Part shown: positions 1 to 29,037 of the stretch, piece by piece
Position numbering within the stretch: position 1 is the stretch's first letter
How the letters are laid out: each line of letters opens with the position of its first letter
Origin: the human T2T-CHM13v2.0 reference genome, Homo sapiens
Assembly (NCBI RefSeq): GCF_009914755.1
Contig: NC_060935.1
DNA length: 64,000 nt
Reading direction: 5' to 3' (one strand)
The notes under the pieces: model-generated
Seen by the model: the letters and a program-made list of their open reading frames with translations, nothing else
Told to the model about the DNA's origin: nothing
Databases searched by the model: none
Made by a program: the position numbers and the translations under genes

Positions 1-2
1 CT

Positions 3-3313
<3,311 letters not shown>

Positions 3314-3949
3314 CAAGCATTCTTTATTCAGCTTTTCAGTAGTCCATCACATGAGTGTACCAGCATTAATTGAATCACTCCCATCTATTTGTTTGAGGGT
3401 GGGGTAGAGTTTTACCTTCTTGGGTCATATCTATTAGCATGTGCTGCCCCTGAAGTCTGGGCCTGCAATGAGAATCCAGGAAGGTTGAAGGCTGGGTTGC
3501 CTGCAGCTAAGGGCTCCTGATTGTTGAACCAAGTCTATATAGTTTCCTAGCTATGTGACCTTGGACTTATTACTTACTACCTCTGGACCTCAGTTTCCCT
3601 TTCTCTCTCTTTCTTACAGCTCTAGCTCAAAGACAGTTTCCTCTTCTGAACAGTGGGGTTGAGAAGCATACGTCACAGAGTTACTAGAGGCATCATTGAG
3701 TTAATCCAAGTAAAATAGCACAGAGCCTACTATACTTTAGGGTATACAGATACAGCACGACCATGCTGTCCTCATCCTCCACTGAGTCCTCGTGCCCAGA
3801 GTATGTTGAATCCTGTCCCAGACTCCAGCCCACCTCTAACCAACAGCACCTTCGCTTCCCTCCCACCTGTTTGCTTTCCCTGAATCGCTGGTGACCATGG
3901 CTCTGCTGCCATCCACAGCCCTGTGACTTCCCTTTGCTATGTGAACCTG

Positions 3950-5022
<1,073 letters not shown>

Positions 5023-5202
5023 CCTGCGCAAGTCCGTCTCATCTCTGAGCCTCAGTTTCCTCATCTGTAGTATTGGAGGGAGATTAATTAGCTGGTTCAT
5101 GAGGGGTTGCCCATCTCTGTTATTCTCTCTTTTTTCAAAGACTCTGTAGGTTACAAAGAGAGGTTTAAGTAACTAGGCAAAGCAGAAAAGATTGCAAAAC
5201 AC

Positions 5203-5208
5203 TTTATT
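5203..5208 (-). terminator. BATF2 polyadenylation signal AATAAA
   Basis: TTTATT on + strand about 1.17 kb past the stop codon. Confidence 0.8.
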
Positions 5209-6370
5209 TCCATCACATATGTGCCAAGACTTGTGTTCTGTATCCAGGAGTGTGTTAGATACTAACATAGTGTTTCATTTACATGTGTGTGAAACCTGGG
5301 TGAAGAGCCAGGGTTTCTCTCCCCCACCCGCCTCAGAGTGCTTGTCCTGGAATCAGAGTGTAAAACCCCCTCTTGAAGCAGACACCAAAACTGAACTTCC
5401 ACCCGGTCATGGGCCCTGCTCTTCCTGCTGTCAGCCTAGTCCAAAGAGCAATGAGGGAACTGCTTAGGAGGGGTCTGAGGGTGATGAGGGCCTGGGGGCC
5501 ACACAGGGGTGGGTGCTGTCAGGTACAAGCCCATCCCTGCCTGCAAATAACCTTGCACAGGGTCCTTCCTCATTCTTTCCTCTTCCTTTTTGTTTATGAG
5601 ATGAATGGCTCTTCTGCTGTGGCTTTAGGGGCAGTGGGGAGGCAGGGAGCTATTTGGGAACAGCCTGGAAAGCTGACCCTGCAGAATCTCCCAGAAGCCT
5701 TGGTGTGGCTATGGGTACCCAGGCTGTAGAAATCCCAGATGGTCCTCTTCCAGACCTCTCCCCAACTCCAGCTCACAGTTTCAGCTTCTTGGCACTGAAA
5801 ACACTACTAGGGGAAGCAAGAGTCCACTTCAGGGCTTCTGCTTGGCCTCTACCCACCAGGGCTTGGACTCTGGACCTGCCCCAGCTAGGTTGGGGTTTCT
5901 GGGACTGCATGGCTCTGGCCCTGGAATCACGAAGCAGTGGGGAGAGCCCTTCTCTGCTCTGAGCATGCAAACCTTCTCACACCAGCCCACGGTTTCCAGG
6001 ATTTCAGCCCCTAGGATGCCTGGGCCAGGACAGGAGAAGGAGGAGCAGAGGGTGGTGTTTCGGGCTCCAAGAAAGTCTTCGTGACCTTGGACTTGTCACT
6101 TGGCTTCCCTGAGCCTCAGTTTCCTTGTCTGAAAAAGTGGAGTGATAATCTCGATTTCTCAGGTCAACTGTGAGGTTGAAATAAGATATTGGTGGTGACA
6201 GGGCCTGTCACAGTGGGAGGCATCAGTGGTGGCTTCCTTTTCGACTGTGAAATCCTGGGCCAGCTGGTCAGCCACGCAGGGCAGCACCCAGTAGTGAGGG
6301 AGGAGAGGCCCGTGTGCTAAGGCTGCTTCCTGAGCCCAAAGAAGGGGCCAACCCAGCTCCGAAGACCAGG

Positions 6371-14157
<7,787 letters not shown>

Positions 14158-14238
14158 GGCTTAGGCGGGGGAGCAGAGTGGTCCCTCAGCAGCTGTGACT
14201 TCCCAGTGCCCTCTGGAGGCCTAAGGAAGTGGCAGCTC

Positions 14239-14390
14239 TTTAAATCCCCAGTGGCCACTCCGCCCCCAGAGGGCCAAGTTTCAGTTTCTCCTAAAGCCAC
14301 CAGCTGCTCAGAATCCCTGGCTCAGGCTTGCTCACGTGGCTAGAATTTCCTAACATGAACTGGCCTTCCGGTTGGGCCCCTTCTCTGGAA
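14239..14390 (-). promoter_or_regulatory. BATF2 proximal promoter with ISRE, GC box and TATA-like element
   Basis: AGTTTCAGTTTCTC 14277-14290 (consensus ISRE); CCGCCC 14260-14265; TTTAAA 14239-14244; CACGTG 14333-14338; TTC-N4-GAA 14381-14390. BATF2 is a known interferon-induced gene. Confidence 0.8.
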
Positions 14391-15464
14391 AGAGGATGGT
14401 GGAGGGTGGAGAGGAGGGAAGACCAAAGGCCAGGTATGAGGAGGGTGTTCTAGGGGAGGGAGGACAGGCGGCCAGGGACTGAGATGAGAGAAGAAGCCAG
14501 TGGGGACCGATGCTCATGTGGGGTAGAGAGAGCCCTTGAGCTCTGGAATTGGGGGAACTCTGGATCACAGCACACATTGGAGCTGTCCAACTTTCAGAAA
14601 GTGACTCTCCTTCTCTGAGCCCTAGTTTTCTCATCTGGAGGATGGTACAACTACCCACTCCCAGGCTCATTGCAGGAACTAAGCCAGATAATACAACCAC
14701 CCCCAAACCTTCTGAGACCACTATGGAAGCATGTCTGCAAAATTAAGCAATGGCTGTTGGATAGAACAGATGGATACATTACTGTTTTCATACAACAGAC
14801 CATGAAGCAGTGGAAAGATTGATGTCCAGTGGTTAGGAGCCCAGCTTCCAAGCTATGTGACTTGGGTTCGTAATTTCATCTGTGTTTCTGTTTCCAAATC
14901 TGTAAAGTGGGGATAAAAACAATTTTGTTAGGCCAGATGCAGTGGTTCATGCCTGTAATCCAAGTACTCTGGGAGGCCAAGGCAGGAGGATTACTTGAGC
15001 TCAGGAGTTTGAGACCAGCCTGGGCAACATAGCAAGACCTTATCTATATTAAAAATAAAAAAAATAACTGGGCATGGTGGCACACACCTGTATTCCCAGT
15101 TACTCAGGAGGCTGAGATGAGAGGATCACTTGAGCCCAGGAGTTCAAGGCTGCAGTGAGCTATAATCTTGCCACTGCACTCCAGCCTGGGCAATAGAGCA
15201 AGACCTTGTTTCAAAAAAATTAATTAATTAAAAATTAAAAAATAAAGACCTAGCAAACCCTGAAGCCCCGGGCATACCTGCATGCTTGTTGTATCTCTAA
15301 GAGGGACACTTGGATGGGGCATCTGTTTGGGGGCCAGAGGGGCCAGTAATTCCTGTCCAAGAACAGCATGCATGCAGTATGTAGAGTCCTATGGTCTGGT
15401 GACTAGAGCATCTTGGAGTTGTACCTGAGACCTGAGGGCTCATGGCTGATGATGTGGTATCACA

Positions 15465-15655
15465 AGAATGGCAAATACAGATATGATCTTCTGATAGGTG
15501 ATGGTGGCTGGAATGTTGTTTTAAAGAGTTCATGGACACCTCTGAGCTTAGTAAAAAAGAGTACTGCAGTTGATTAGCAATGTCTGCCACACCATGATCG
15601 ATTAGTGATGCCTGTTATGGGCAGAGGTGTGGAGAGTGCAGTCCCCTGCTATCCC
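15465..15655 (+). mobile_element. MER102-like hAT DNA transposon fragment
   Basis: GATTAGCAATGTCTGCCA / GATCGATTAGTGATG motifs. Confidence 0.5.
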
Positions 15656-16020
15656 TAGAACCAGGCATAAAACAAGTCTGGGTTTCAGAGACAAAAGACT
15701 TGACTCTCCATCCTGGCACTCCACTCACCCAGTTTATCACCTGGAGCCTCAGTGTCTTCAAAGATATGCTGGTGATCACAAAGAAATGATACCTATTTGA
15801 CAGTTGTTTTGAAGATGGGAAAGAATGAGATGAGAAGAAAGCTCTTGGGATATTGTAAAGTACTATGTGGCAAGGATTCCCCCTCCTGAAATTTGTGGTG
15901 TCATATTCTGGATTCTAAGATTATTAATGCAGGCTCCTAATTTAAAATGCCTGGGTGGGTGAGATTGGGCATAAGAGCTGGGCCTTGCCCTCCTAGCTTC
16001 TGAGGGGCCTGGGAGCAGAG

Positions 16021-16086
16021 GCGGAAGTGGGATGCCCCACGCAGTGAGGCCATCCCTGTTTCTCTGAATTATTGTTTCCTGGAAAC
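16021..16086. promoter_or_regulatory. Tandem GAS (STAT) sites plus ETS site, candidate BATF2 upstream enhancer
   Basis: TTCTCTGAA 16060-16068 and TTCCTGGAA 16076-16084 (within GTTTCCTGGAAAC); GCGGAAGTG 16021-16029. Confidence 0.5.
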
Positions 16087-16536
16087 CAGGAAGGCTGGGG
16101 CGTCTTGCCTGAGGCAGGCACCTGAAGGGCTCATTAAGCCAGCCCATGAGCTCCCCTGGGAGGATCTGCAGGCACCTTGTGCATGATGTGACTACGAAGA
16201 AACACCCGTGTGTGCTTGTGTGTGTGTGTGTGTGTGTGGAGGGGCTAGGCCTGAGTGTCCCACTCCAGATCCCAGCCCCTGCCCCAGACCCCCAGTCTTT
16301 CTTCTCCAGACCCTGGCTTCTGGCAGAGGTGAGACAGCAGGTGTAGCTCTTCCCAGAACACCACAGCCCTGGGAGAAGACCAAAGAAGGCAGCGTTTATG
16401 GCTCCCTGAGGAGGCAGCTGGGAGAGGGAGTGGCAGGGAGGGAGGGAGGTAGGGTGGGTAATGTTTAACTAGGAATGGCTGTGGGAGACTTCTCCCAGGC
16501 TGGTGGGACCATCCAATCTGACCTCGCCTTAGACGG

Positions 16537-16889
16537 TGTCTCAGTCAGCTCAGGCTGCTATAATGCAATACCAGAAACTGAGTGGCTTAATGACAGCCTT
16601 TTATTTCTCGCAGTTCTGAGGGCTGAGAAATCCAAGAGCAAGGTGCTGGTAGGTTTGGCTCCTGGCAAGGCCTCTTCCTGGCTGGAAGATGGTGGCACTC
16701 TTGCCGTATTCTCACACGGTCTCTCTGCCTTCTTATAAAGACACTCATCCCATTGTAGGGTCCCACCCTCACAACCTTATCTAAGCCTAATTACCTCCTG
16801 AAGGCCCCACCTCCAAATACCATCTTACCAAGGGTTGGCACTTCAGTGTGTGAGTTTGGGGGGGGAACACAAACTTTCAGTTCATAAAA
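16537..16889 (-). mobile_element. MaLR LTR (MLT1A/MST-like)
   Basis: GGCTGCTATAA..TACCAGAAACTG and CCTAATTACCTCC..AAGGCCCCACCTCCAAATACCATC motifs. Confidence 0.75.
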
Positions 16890-17326
16890 GAGGGTGAGGA
16901 AACTAATGCCCAGAGGGGCAAGGTCACTCCACGGGAGGGGCAGAGCTGCAGGGAGAACACAACCTCTCTCTTCTAGGCCTCAGTCCTGCTCCACACTCTG
17001 CTTGGAAAGGCCTGGTCCATTAGTCCAGAGCCAGCAGCCCCAGTGGGTGGAGGGTTGGAGGCCTCCCAAATACCACAGCTACCAATGAGCTCCTACATGG
17101 CAGGACTGGTTCTTTGAAGGATCCCCAGTGCTTCAAACACTGCCTTCACGTAATAGATGCTCAATTAATGAATTAATTAATTAAAGTCCAGCAGGCAGCT
17201 TGCCACCCAGGAACCCCAAAACTTTCCTGAGGAAAGAAACTTTTCACTCATTCCCATAGGACCTGCCCTGGGTTCCTGGTGGGCTCCCCCCAACCAACTT
17301 CATCATTTCACCAATGAATAAACTGA

Positions 17327-18800
<1,474 letters not shown>

Positions 18801-19249
18801 GTAAGTGAAGTATTCTCCATGCAGCTGCTCATGAAACCTTCACCAGGAGGCAGCAGATATCTGTGTTAGAGGAGTCTCTCTCCCTTATTAGATGATCTAA
18901 GTTAAGTTACTACCAAGTCTAGAGTGCACCAGCTTCAGACACGAGGCCCAAACGATGTCATCAGGAGTCAAACTCTTACTCTATTTGCTGTCCTCCAGGC
19001 TGGCTACATTCTCAGGCAGAGCCCGCTCATGGGAGTAGGATGGCCACCAGAAACACCAGCTTCACAGCAACCCAGGGCAGGCACATCCCCAGCCCCTCCC
19101 ACTTTCCCAGTAGCTCCAACAAAAGTCCCAGGCCTGGCCTTCCTTGGTCTGGCTTGGGTCATGTGCCTATTCCTGACATCAATCACTGTGACCAGGTGAG
19201 ATTGGCAAGGGCAGGGCCTCAAGCCCATCCTGGAGCCCAGGGTTGGGGT
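18801..19249 (+). repeat. Inverted local duplication, copy A (partly an old LTR16-like ERVL LTR)
   Basis: Reverse complement of 25080-25526; 19138-19210 is identical to the reverse complement of 25119-25191. Confidence 0.93.
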
Positions 19250-20747
19250 GAGCCCCATCTAAACCATAAGGACTAGGGGTGAAGAAGGGGCAGTTCCCCA
19301 GGGCATCGGGGTACTGTTGGCAAAAGAAGGGTGAGTAGATGCCAGCTGATCCCACAACCTCAGCTCAGCTTCCGACATGAGGAAGCTGCCACTCAGCAGC
19401 ACGTCCCGGGCTCTGGTCACCTCCCCAGGTAGATGGACTCCAATTCCCCCGTATCTCTGATACTAAGCCCGGCACTCTTCCTGTCCATTATTTCACACTG
19501 CTCAAGATGTGGAGGAAGGTCCCAGCAGTCAAGGACCCGTGGACAGGAAAGCAAGGGCTTGCCAAAGGATGATTCCAGATGTACTGAATGCTGGGCAGGG
19601 ACAGGGGAAGCCACATCATGGAGACTCCCCAGGGCGTGGGGAGAGAAGAACAGACTTTTGCTTTCAGCACATTGTGCATACCACATTTCAGCGCTCATTA
19701 AAGATGGAGTCTGGGCAGGGCACGGTGGCTCACACCTGTAATCCCAGGACTTCGGGAGGCTGAGGTTGGCAAATTAAGAGTTCGAGACCAGCCTGGCCTA
19801 CCTGGTGAAACCCTGTCTCTACTAAAAATACAAAAATTAGCCAGGCATGGTGGCACACACCTGTATTCCCAGCTACTCAGGAGGTTGAGGCAGGAGATTC
19901 GCTGAACCTGGGAGGCGGAAGTTGCAGTGAGCCGAGATTGCGCCATTGCACTCCAGCCTGGACAACAGAGAGATACTCTGTGTCAAAAAATAAAAATGAA
20001 AAAAGTTGGAGTCTGCAACTAGCTGGGCCTCCCAGGAACTAAGTGACTTCCCCTGGGCTCTATGGGGCTCTTCACTGCCCGGTCCTCGGTGCACCTTCCC
20101 ACGCTCACTCCCCTCCCCAACCCCCAGTCCTGCTGGCCCTTTGCCACCTCCAATGCCTTGAGCTTCTGAGTCTCTGCCATTCCTTTAATGTACTTACACA
20201 TCTTTCTGGGAAGCGGTCTGGAACTTCTGGAAATGGAAAGGCAGTATAAATTATAAACAGCTGAGCTCTGAAGAGTCTGAGAGCATCCCAGGGCTTTGTT
20301 TGTTTGCAAATGGCAGTTGCAACCATAGCTCCTAGATTTTCCCAGGCGGTTCAAGCCCCGGAAAGACCAGGGTTCAAATCCTCGCTCTGTCCTGCTACTG
20401 TGTGAGCTTGGACAAGGCCCTTGGTTTCTCTGGGTTCTCATTGTCCTTGTCTGTAAAATGGTGATAATTCCCTCACTTTGCCAGGGCTGCCATGATGACT
20501 GAAACAAAGTATGGAAAGTGGTCACCAGTGACCTCAGAAAGGATAAGTCCCTCGCTCTTGTCCTAGTTACCCCTAAAGACGGGAGGGCCTCATGTGGAGG
20601 CTGGTGCCGGGAACTGGCCAGCCGAGCTCACGGAGCAAGGGACTGGAGGGCTGGCTGGTGTGCAGTGGGGTGGGAAATGAAGCCCAACCCAGACTAGCTA
20701 GCGACTCAAAATGCAACAGACAAGGCAGTGCTGCCCTTGGCAGAACC

Positions 20748-20783
20748 AGCACCAAGGATAGCACCAAGGATAGCACCAAGGGT
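20748..20783 (+). repeat. 12-bp tandem repeat x3 (AGCACCAAGGAT)
   Basis: Read directly from the sequence; third unit is AGCACCAAGGGT. Confidence 0.9.
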
Positions 20784-21482
20784 GCAGGAGAGCTTTTGCC
20801 ATGCAAGTCAGCAGTCAGTCACAGCCAGAGGACTCCAGAGATTCTCCAGTTTGTTTTGCAACTGGGGAAACTGAGGCCTGGCAAGAAGAGGGGAACTGGC
20901 CAAGTACAAGGAGGCGGCAGAAACAGGCAGACCCAGGTTCTGCTGCAGCCTCCATGTGCTTTTCTCATCTTATTCCTCGCTGATCCAGAAAACATCTCGG
21001 GGCCTGGAGTGGAAATAACAGGGGCACAGGACACCCTTAGACGGCAGGGAGCATTTGTACCTGTTGCTGGTCTGCAGGAGCAGGACTGATTCCCAGAGGC
21101 CCCAGACCAGGGTCCCAGGAGCTGGAAAGGGGGCCCCATCTAGAAGAAAGTCTGGGGATGGGGTCCTCTGGAGAACTGAGTTCACCTGCAGCTCACGTTC
21201 ACCAAGCTTCGAGGTCTCAGACAGCCTTGTGCCCTCTCTGGACCTGTTTCCTCATGTGTAAAATGAAGGAACTTAAGCAGGTGCCCCGTGGCTCACACCT
21301 ATAATCCCAGCATTTTGGGAAGCCAAGGCAGGAGGATTACTTGAGCCCAGGAGTTCGAGACCAACCTGGGCAACACAGCGAGACCCCATCTCTACCAAAC
21401 AAACAAACAAACAAACAAACCCAAAAACGAAAACAAAAATTAGCTGGGCATGGTGGCATGAGCCTGTAGTACCAGCTACTCA

Positions 21483-21629
<147 letters not shown>

Positions 21630-21829
21630 TCAGGGTCCTTCTTGCTGTGCTGGAGGCCGGGGCCTGCCTGTGCCTCTTGGGAGGCCTTTTTCTAAACAAG
21701 GGACTAGCAATGAACCGAGGCTGGTGCTGCAGACAGAGACCTGGGTGCCTCCCCCAGCACTGCCATCTGCCTTCCACTACAGGGCTCAGTCTTCCCTTCC
21801 CACCACCCGTCAGGAAGCAGTACCTATGA

Positions 21830-22296
<467 letters not shown>

Positions 22297-22901
22297 TAGA
22301 AAGCAATTCACAAACCTCTATCCTTATTTCTATCACGCAGCAACTATTTCCTGAGCATCTCTTATGTGGCAGGCCCTGCTCTAGGTGCTGGGAGACATCT
22401 GTTTTTTAAAAAAAGATCCAAATCCTGCCCTTGTGAAATTTCCATCCTAGGGAGGAGCAGGGAGACGATAATTACATTAAGTGAATTATCTAGTCTGGTG
22501 GGAGTCCACAGGTACCAAGGGGAAAAGAGAGCTAGGTAAGGGCCATGGGGAGTGTGGGGTAGGGGATTTCACATGTAAATAGCGGGGTCAGACTGAGCCT
22601 CGTTGAGATATTTGAACAAAAAAAAATTGTTTCTGACATTGGACTTTTGAGCAAAGAATTAAAGACGAGAGAGCCGTGACAGTGAGGTACCGGCTGGGGT
22701 CGGGGGGCAGAGTGGTGTAGTGGACTCCTGGGACTGGCAGGGTCCAGGGAGCAAGAGATTGGGGTGGAGGCCACGGGCCATTCATGCAGGGGCTCATAGG
22801 CCAGTGAGAACCTTGGGCTTTTACTCTGAAAGATACAGAGAGCACCAGAGAGCTCTGAGCAGAGGAGAACATGATCTGATGCATAGGTTAAAAGGGTCCC
22901 T

Positions 22902-23800
<899 letters not shown>

Positions 23801-24387
23801 TAAAAAAGGGTCCCTGTGCCTTGGAGCAGGGGAGCAGGGGAGCAGGGAAGCCGGTCAGGAGGCTGCTGCAGCGATCCAGGTGAGTGGGTGGGGGGGTCTG
23901 TCATGCGGAGAGAAGAGTGGTACCTGCCTCTTAGGTTCCGGAGTGAGGGCACAGCAGGACACGGGCAACCAGGGGCAGCAGCTGCGCTCCTGCGTTCATT
24001 CACCAGGCCTGGCCCCATGGAGGCAAGAAGCATCTAGCACAGCTTTGCTCCTGAGGGGCCACAGGCAACAGGTGAGGTGTACGAGCACATGGCTGTTGGA
24101 AGATCTCAGATTTTCAAGTCCTTTCTACCTCCTAAGGTTCTGGAAAAGCTTGCAGATGTCATGTGCCTTTGCGTGGTGAATAACACCTCCTTTTGTCATC
24201 TGGAGTTGGAGAGGATGCCTCTGCTGCCTCCCACACAGGCAGCTGGGCTAAGACCTGTAATGCAGATGCTTGAACACTCTGACTTGTCTTATGAGGCATG
24301 CAGCAGTGGCATGCAGGATGTACACACCCACTGAATCATCACTGACCAGCACTGAGGACCTGGCTGCCTTTGGATATGTAAAACCTA

Positions 24388-24771
<384 letters not shown>

Positions 24772-25079
24772 TTAGTAGGACAAAACCTACACTTGGGTAA
24801 GCTGCCAGCACGTGCTTGCTGGTGCCTCTGTCACAGGCATGTGGTCCAAAAAATAAGACTGGCATCCTAGATTGTCTTATCAGAGAGGGAAAACAGGTTT
24901 TCTGTCTTCTCATTAAAACTGTAACTTTATTATAAACAATCTAATATAAACAATGTAGGTTAAAAGAATTAAATAGGCCAGACATGGTGGCTCACGCCTG
25001 TAATCCCAATGCTTTGGGAGGCCAAGGTGGGGAGATCACTTAAACCTAGGATTTTGAGGTTAGCCTGGGCAACAAGGTG

Positions 25080-25526
25080 ACCCAAACCCTGCACTCCAGC
25101 ATGGGCCTGGGGTCCTGGCCTTGCCAATCTCACCTGGTCACAGTGATTGATGTCAGGAATAGGCACATGACCCAAGCCAGACCAAGGAAGGACAGGCCTG
25201 GGAGTTTTGTTGGAGTTACTGGGAAAGTGACAGGGTCTGGGGATGTGCCCCCCTGGGGTGATACTAAGCTGGTGTTTCTGGTGGCCGTCCTACTCCCATG
25301 AGCGGGTTCTGCCTGAGAATGTAGCCAGCCCGGAGGACAGCAGATAGAGGAAGAGTCTGACTCCCAATGACATCGTTTGGGCCTCATGTCTGAAGCTGGT
25401 GCACTCTAGACTTGGTAGTAATTTAACTTAGATCATCTATAAGGGAAAGAGACTCCTCTAACACAGATATCTGCCGCCTCCCGGTGAAGGTTTCATGAGC
25501 AGCTGCATGAAGAATACTTCACTTGC
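25080..25526 (-). repeat. Inverted local duplication, copy B
   Basis: See copy A. ORF-track peptides on opposite strands share LGLAWVMCLFLTSITVTR. Confidence 0.93.
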
Positions 25527-26052
25527 TGCAACACTGCAGAAAAATAAGGCAAGTCCACAGAGGGCAACAAATGACAGTGAAGGGTTAAACAGGAAAACTA
25601 AGAATCCAGAGAACCCAATTTCCCATCTCTTCGTGAGACTCCTTTATAAGTGTAAGAAATCTGGAGCAATTTACACCAGATATAAGTGCTGCTTCTCACA
25701 CATGAACACAATCATAACTTGCTCCTTCTTTTTCTTAATTTTCTTTTGAGACAGTCTCATTCTGTCTCATACAGGCTGGAGTGCAGTGGCGCAATCTCGG
25801 CTCACTGCAACCTCCGCTGCCGCCCACCACCCCCAGGGTTCAAGTGATTCTCGTGCCTCAGCCTCCCAAGTAGCTGGGACTACAGGTGTGCGTGACCACA
25901 CCCGGCCAATTTTTTGTATTTTTAGTAGAGATGAGGTTTTGCCATGTTGGCCAGGCTGGTCTCAAACTCTTGGCCTCAAGTGATCCACCCAGCTCGGCCT
26001 CCCAAAGCACTGGGATTACAGGCGTGAGCCACCGTGCCCAGCCTCATCATTA

Positions 26053-26295
<243 letters not shown>

Positions 26296-26314
26296 TTAAA
26301 AATAAATATTTAGA

Positions 26315-26349
<35 letters not shown>

Positions 26350-26839
26350 AATACTTGGGTATACTCCTTGCTAATGCTTAATGGCCAGCAGTTCTAATTT
26401 AAGCAGAGTCTTCTCCCCTGGCCTTTTTTCCTTCTGGTTCCAGAATATAGAATTCTGTTACTTTTCTTATTATTATAAAGGTAATCCATGAAATATAATG
26501 GCTGATTAAAATGATTTACTTTTTAAAATTAAAACTATAATGCCAAATTTTCAGGCCCGGCACAGTGGGTCATGCCTGTAATCCCAGTACTTTGGGAGGT
26601 CAAGATGGGAGGATTGCTTGGGGCCCAGAGTTTGAGATCAGTCTGGGCAACACGGCAAAACCCAGTCTCTACAAAAAATACAAAAATTAGCTGCGTGTGG
26701 TGGCACAGAACTTTAGTCCCAGCTACTCAGATGGCTGAGATGGGAGGATCACCTGAGCCCAGGGAAATCAAGGCTGCAGTGAGCCGTGATTGTGCCACTT
26801 CACTTCAGCCTGGGTGATAGAGTGAGAACCTGTCTCAAA

Positions 26840-26878
<39 letters not shown>
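26315..26878 (+). repeat. (TAAA)n at ~26315-26352 and (TAA)n at ~26840-26878
   Basis: Read directly from the sequence. Confidence 0.85.
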
Positions 26879-26879
<1 letters not shown>

Positions 26880-27354
26880 TGAGACCCTGTCTTAAAAATA
26901 ATAATAATGCCAAATTTTTCTTTCTAGACGTTGGGTAAACATGCCTTGTTAAAAGGCTGTAGATCTCTATCCTCAAGTTACAAGCCACTTACTCGGCCCT
27001 AAGAAGTTTCCCCTTCAAAAGCAGGTTTCACAGATGTCACGATTTGGGTATTTTAATTTCACGATTCTTTCTTGTGAAAAAAAAAATATATATATATATT
27101 CATATTCACAATTATATATAACTACAGCTCTATACATCTTCTTTCCTAGTTTTCTTCCAAAGGTATTTCCCAAAGATTTTATTTAAGAGTGCTCTTCTGC
27201 TCCTCTGCTTGAAAGTAAAAAAAAAAGAAAGAAAAAAAGCCAGGTGCATTGGCTCTTGCCTGTAATCTCAGCACTTTGGGAGGCCGAGGTGGATGACTTG
27301 AGGTCAGGAGTTTGAGACCAGCCTGACAAACATGGTGAAACCCCGTCTCTACTA

Positions 27355-27513
<159 letters not shown>

Positions 27514-28054
27514 TCAAAAAAAAAAAAAAGAAAAAAAAAGAGCTCTCCTCCTTTCCATGAGGCAAATGAAAACACAGCTCGTAATGAGGCCCCTTACTTG
27601 TCTTTAAATGCCTCTCCACCCAATTTCTAGCTACAGTCAGTTCTTCAAAAGTTAAACACAGGCCAAGTGGGGTGGCTCATGCCTGTAATCCCAGCACTTT
27701 GGAAGTCTGAGGTGAGAGGATCACCTAAGCACAGGAGTTCAAGACCAGCCCGGGTAACACAGCGAGACCCTCGTCTCTACAAAAAATTTAAAAAATTAGC
27801 CGGGCTTGATGGCATGCACCTGTAGTCCCAGCTACTCAGGAGACTGACGTGGGAGGACTGCTTGAGGCTGCAGTGAGCCATGATTGTGCCACTGCACTCC
27901 AGCCTGGGTGACAGAGTGAGACCCTGTCTCTAAAATATGTTTAAAAAGTTAAACATAGTTGGCCGGGCGCGGTGGCTCACGCCTGTAATCCCAGCACTTT
28001 GGGAGTCCAAGGCTGGCGGATCACGAGGTCAGGAGATCGAGACCATCCTGGCTA

Positions 28055-28313
<259 letters not shown>

Positions 28314-28341
28314 TTATTTTTATTTTTTTAATTTATATTCA

Positions 28342-28890
<549 letters not shown>

Positions 28891-28964
28891 TTAGCTTTAC
28901 TACGTGGGTAAAGGTAGTAATGTTTTCAGTTCTGTTCATTCTATTTCATTTTTGTTAATGCTAC

Positions 28965-29037
28965 TAGGTTGAACCATTTGAAATACATCTGTGTATCAAA
29001 ACTGTCAAATATGGGCAATTTCATACAGTTCAACCTA
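28965..29037. mobile_element. MADE2 mariner-type MITE
   Basis: Terminal inverted repeats TAGGTTGAAC ... GTTCAACCTA, about 75 bp, internal GGCAATTTCATA. Confidence 0.75.

Noticed and set aside
20748-20783. 12-bp x3 repeat containing CCAAGG, considered as a nuclear-receptor site array or CRISPR-like repeat
   Set aside because: No spacers and an imperfect NR5A/ERR consensus; simple slippage duplication.
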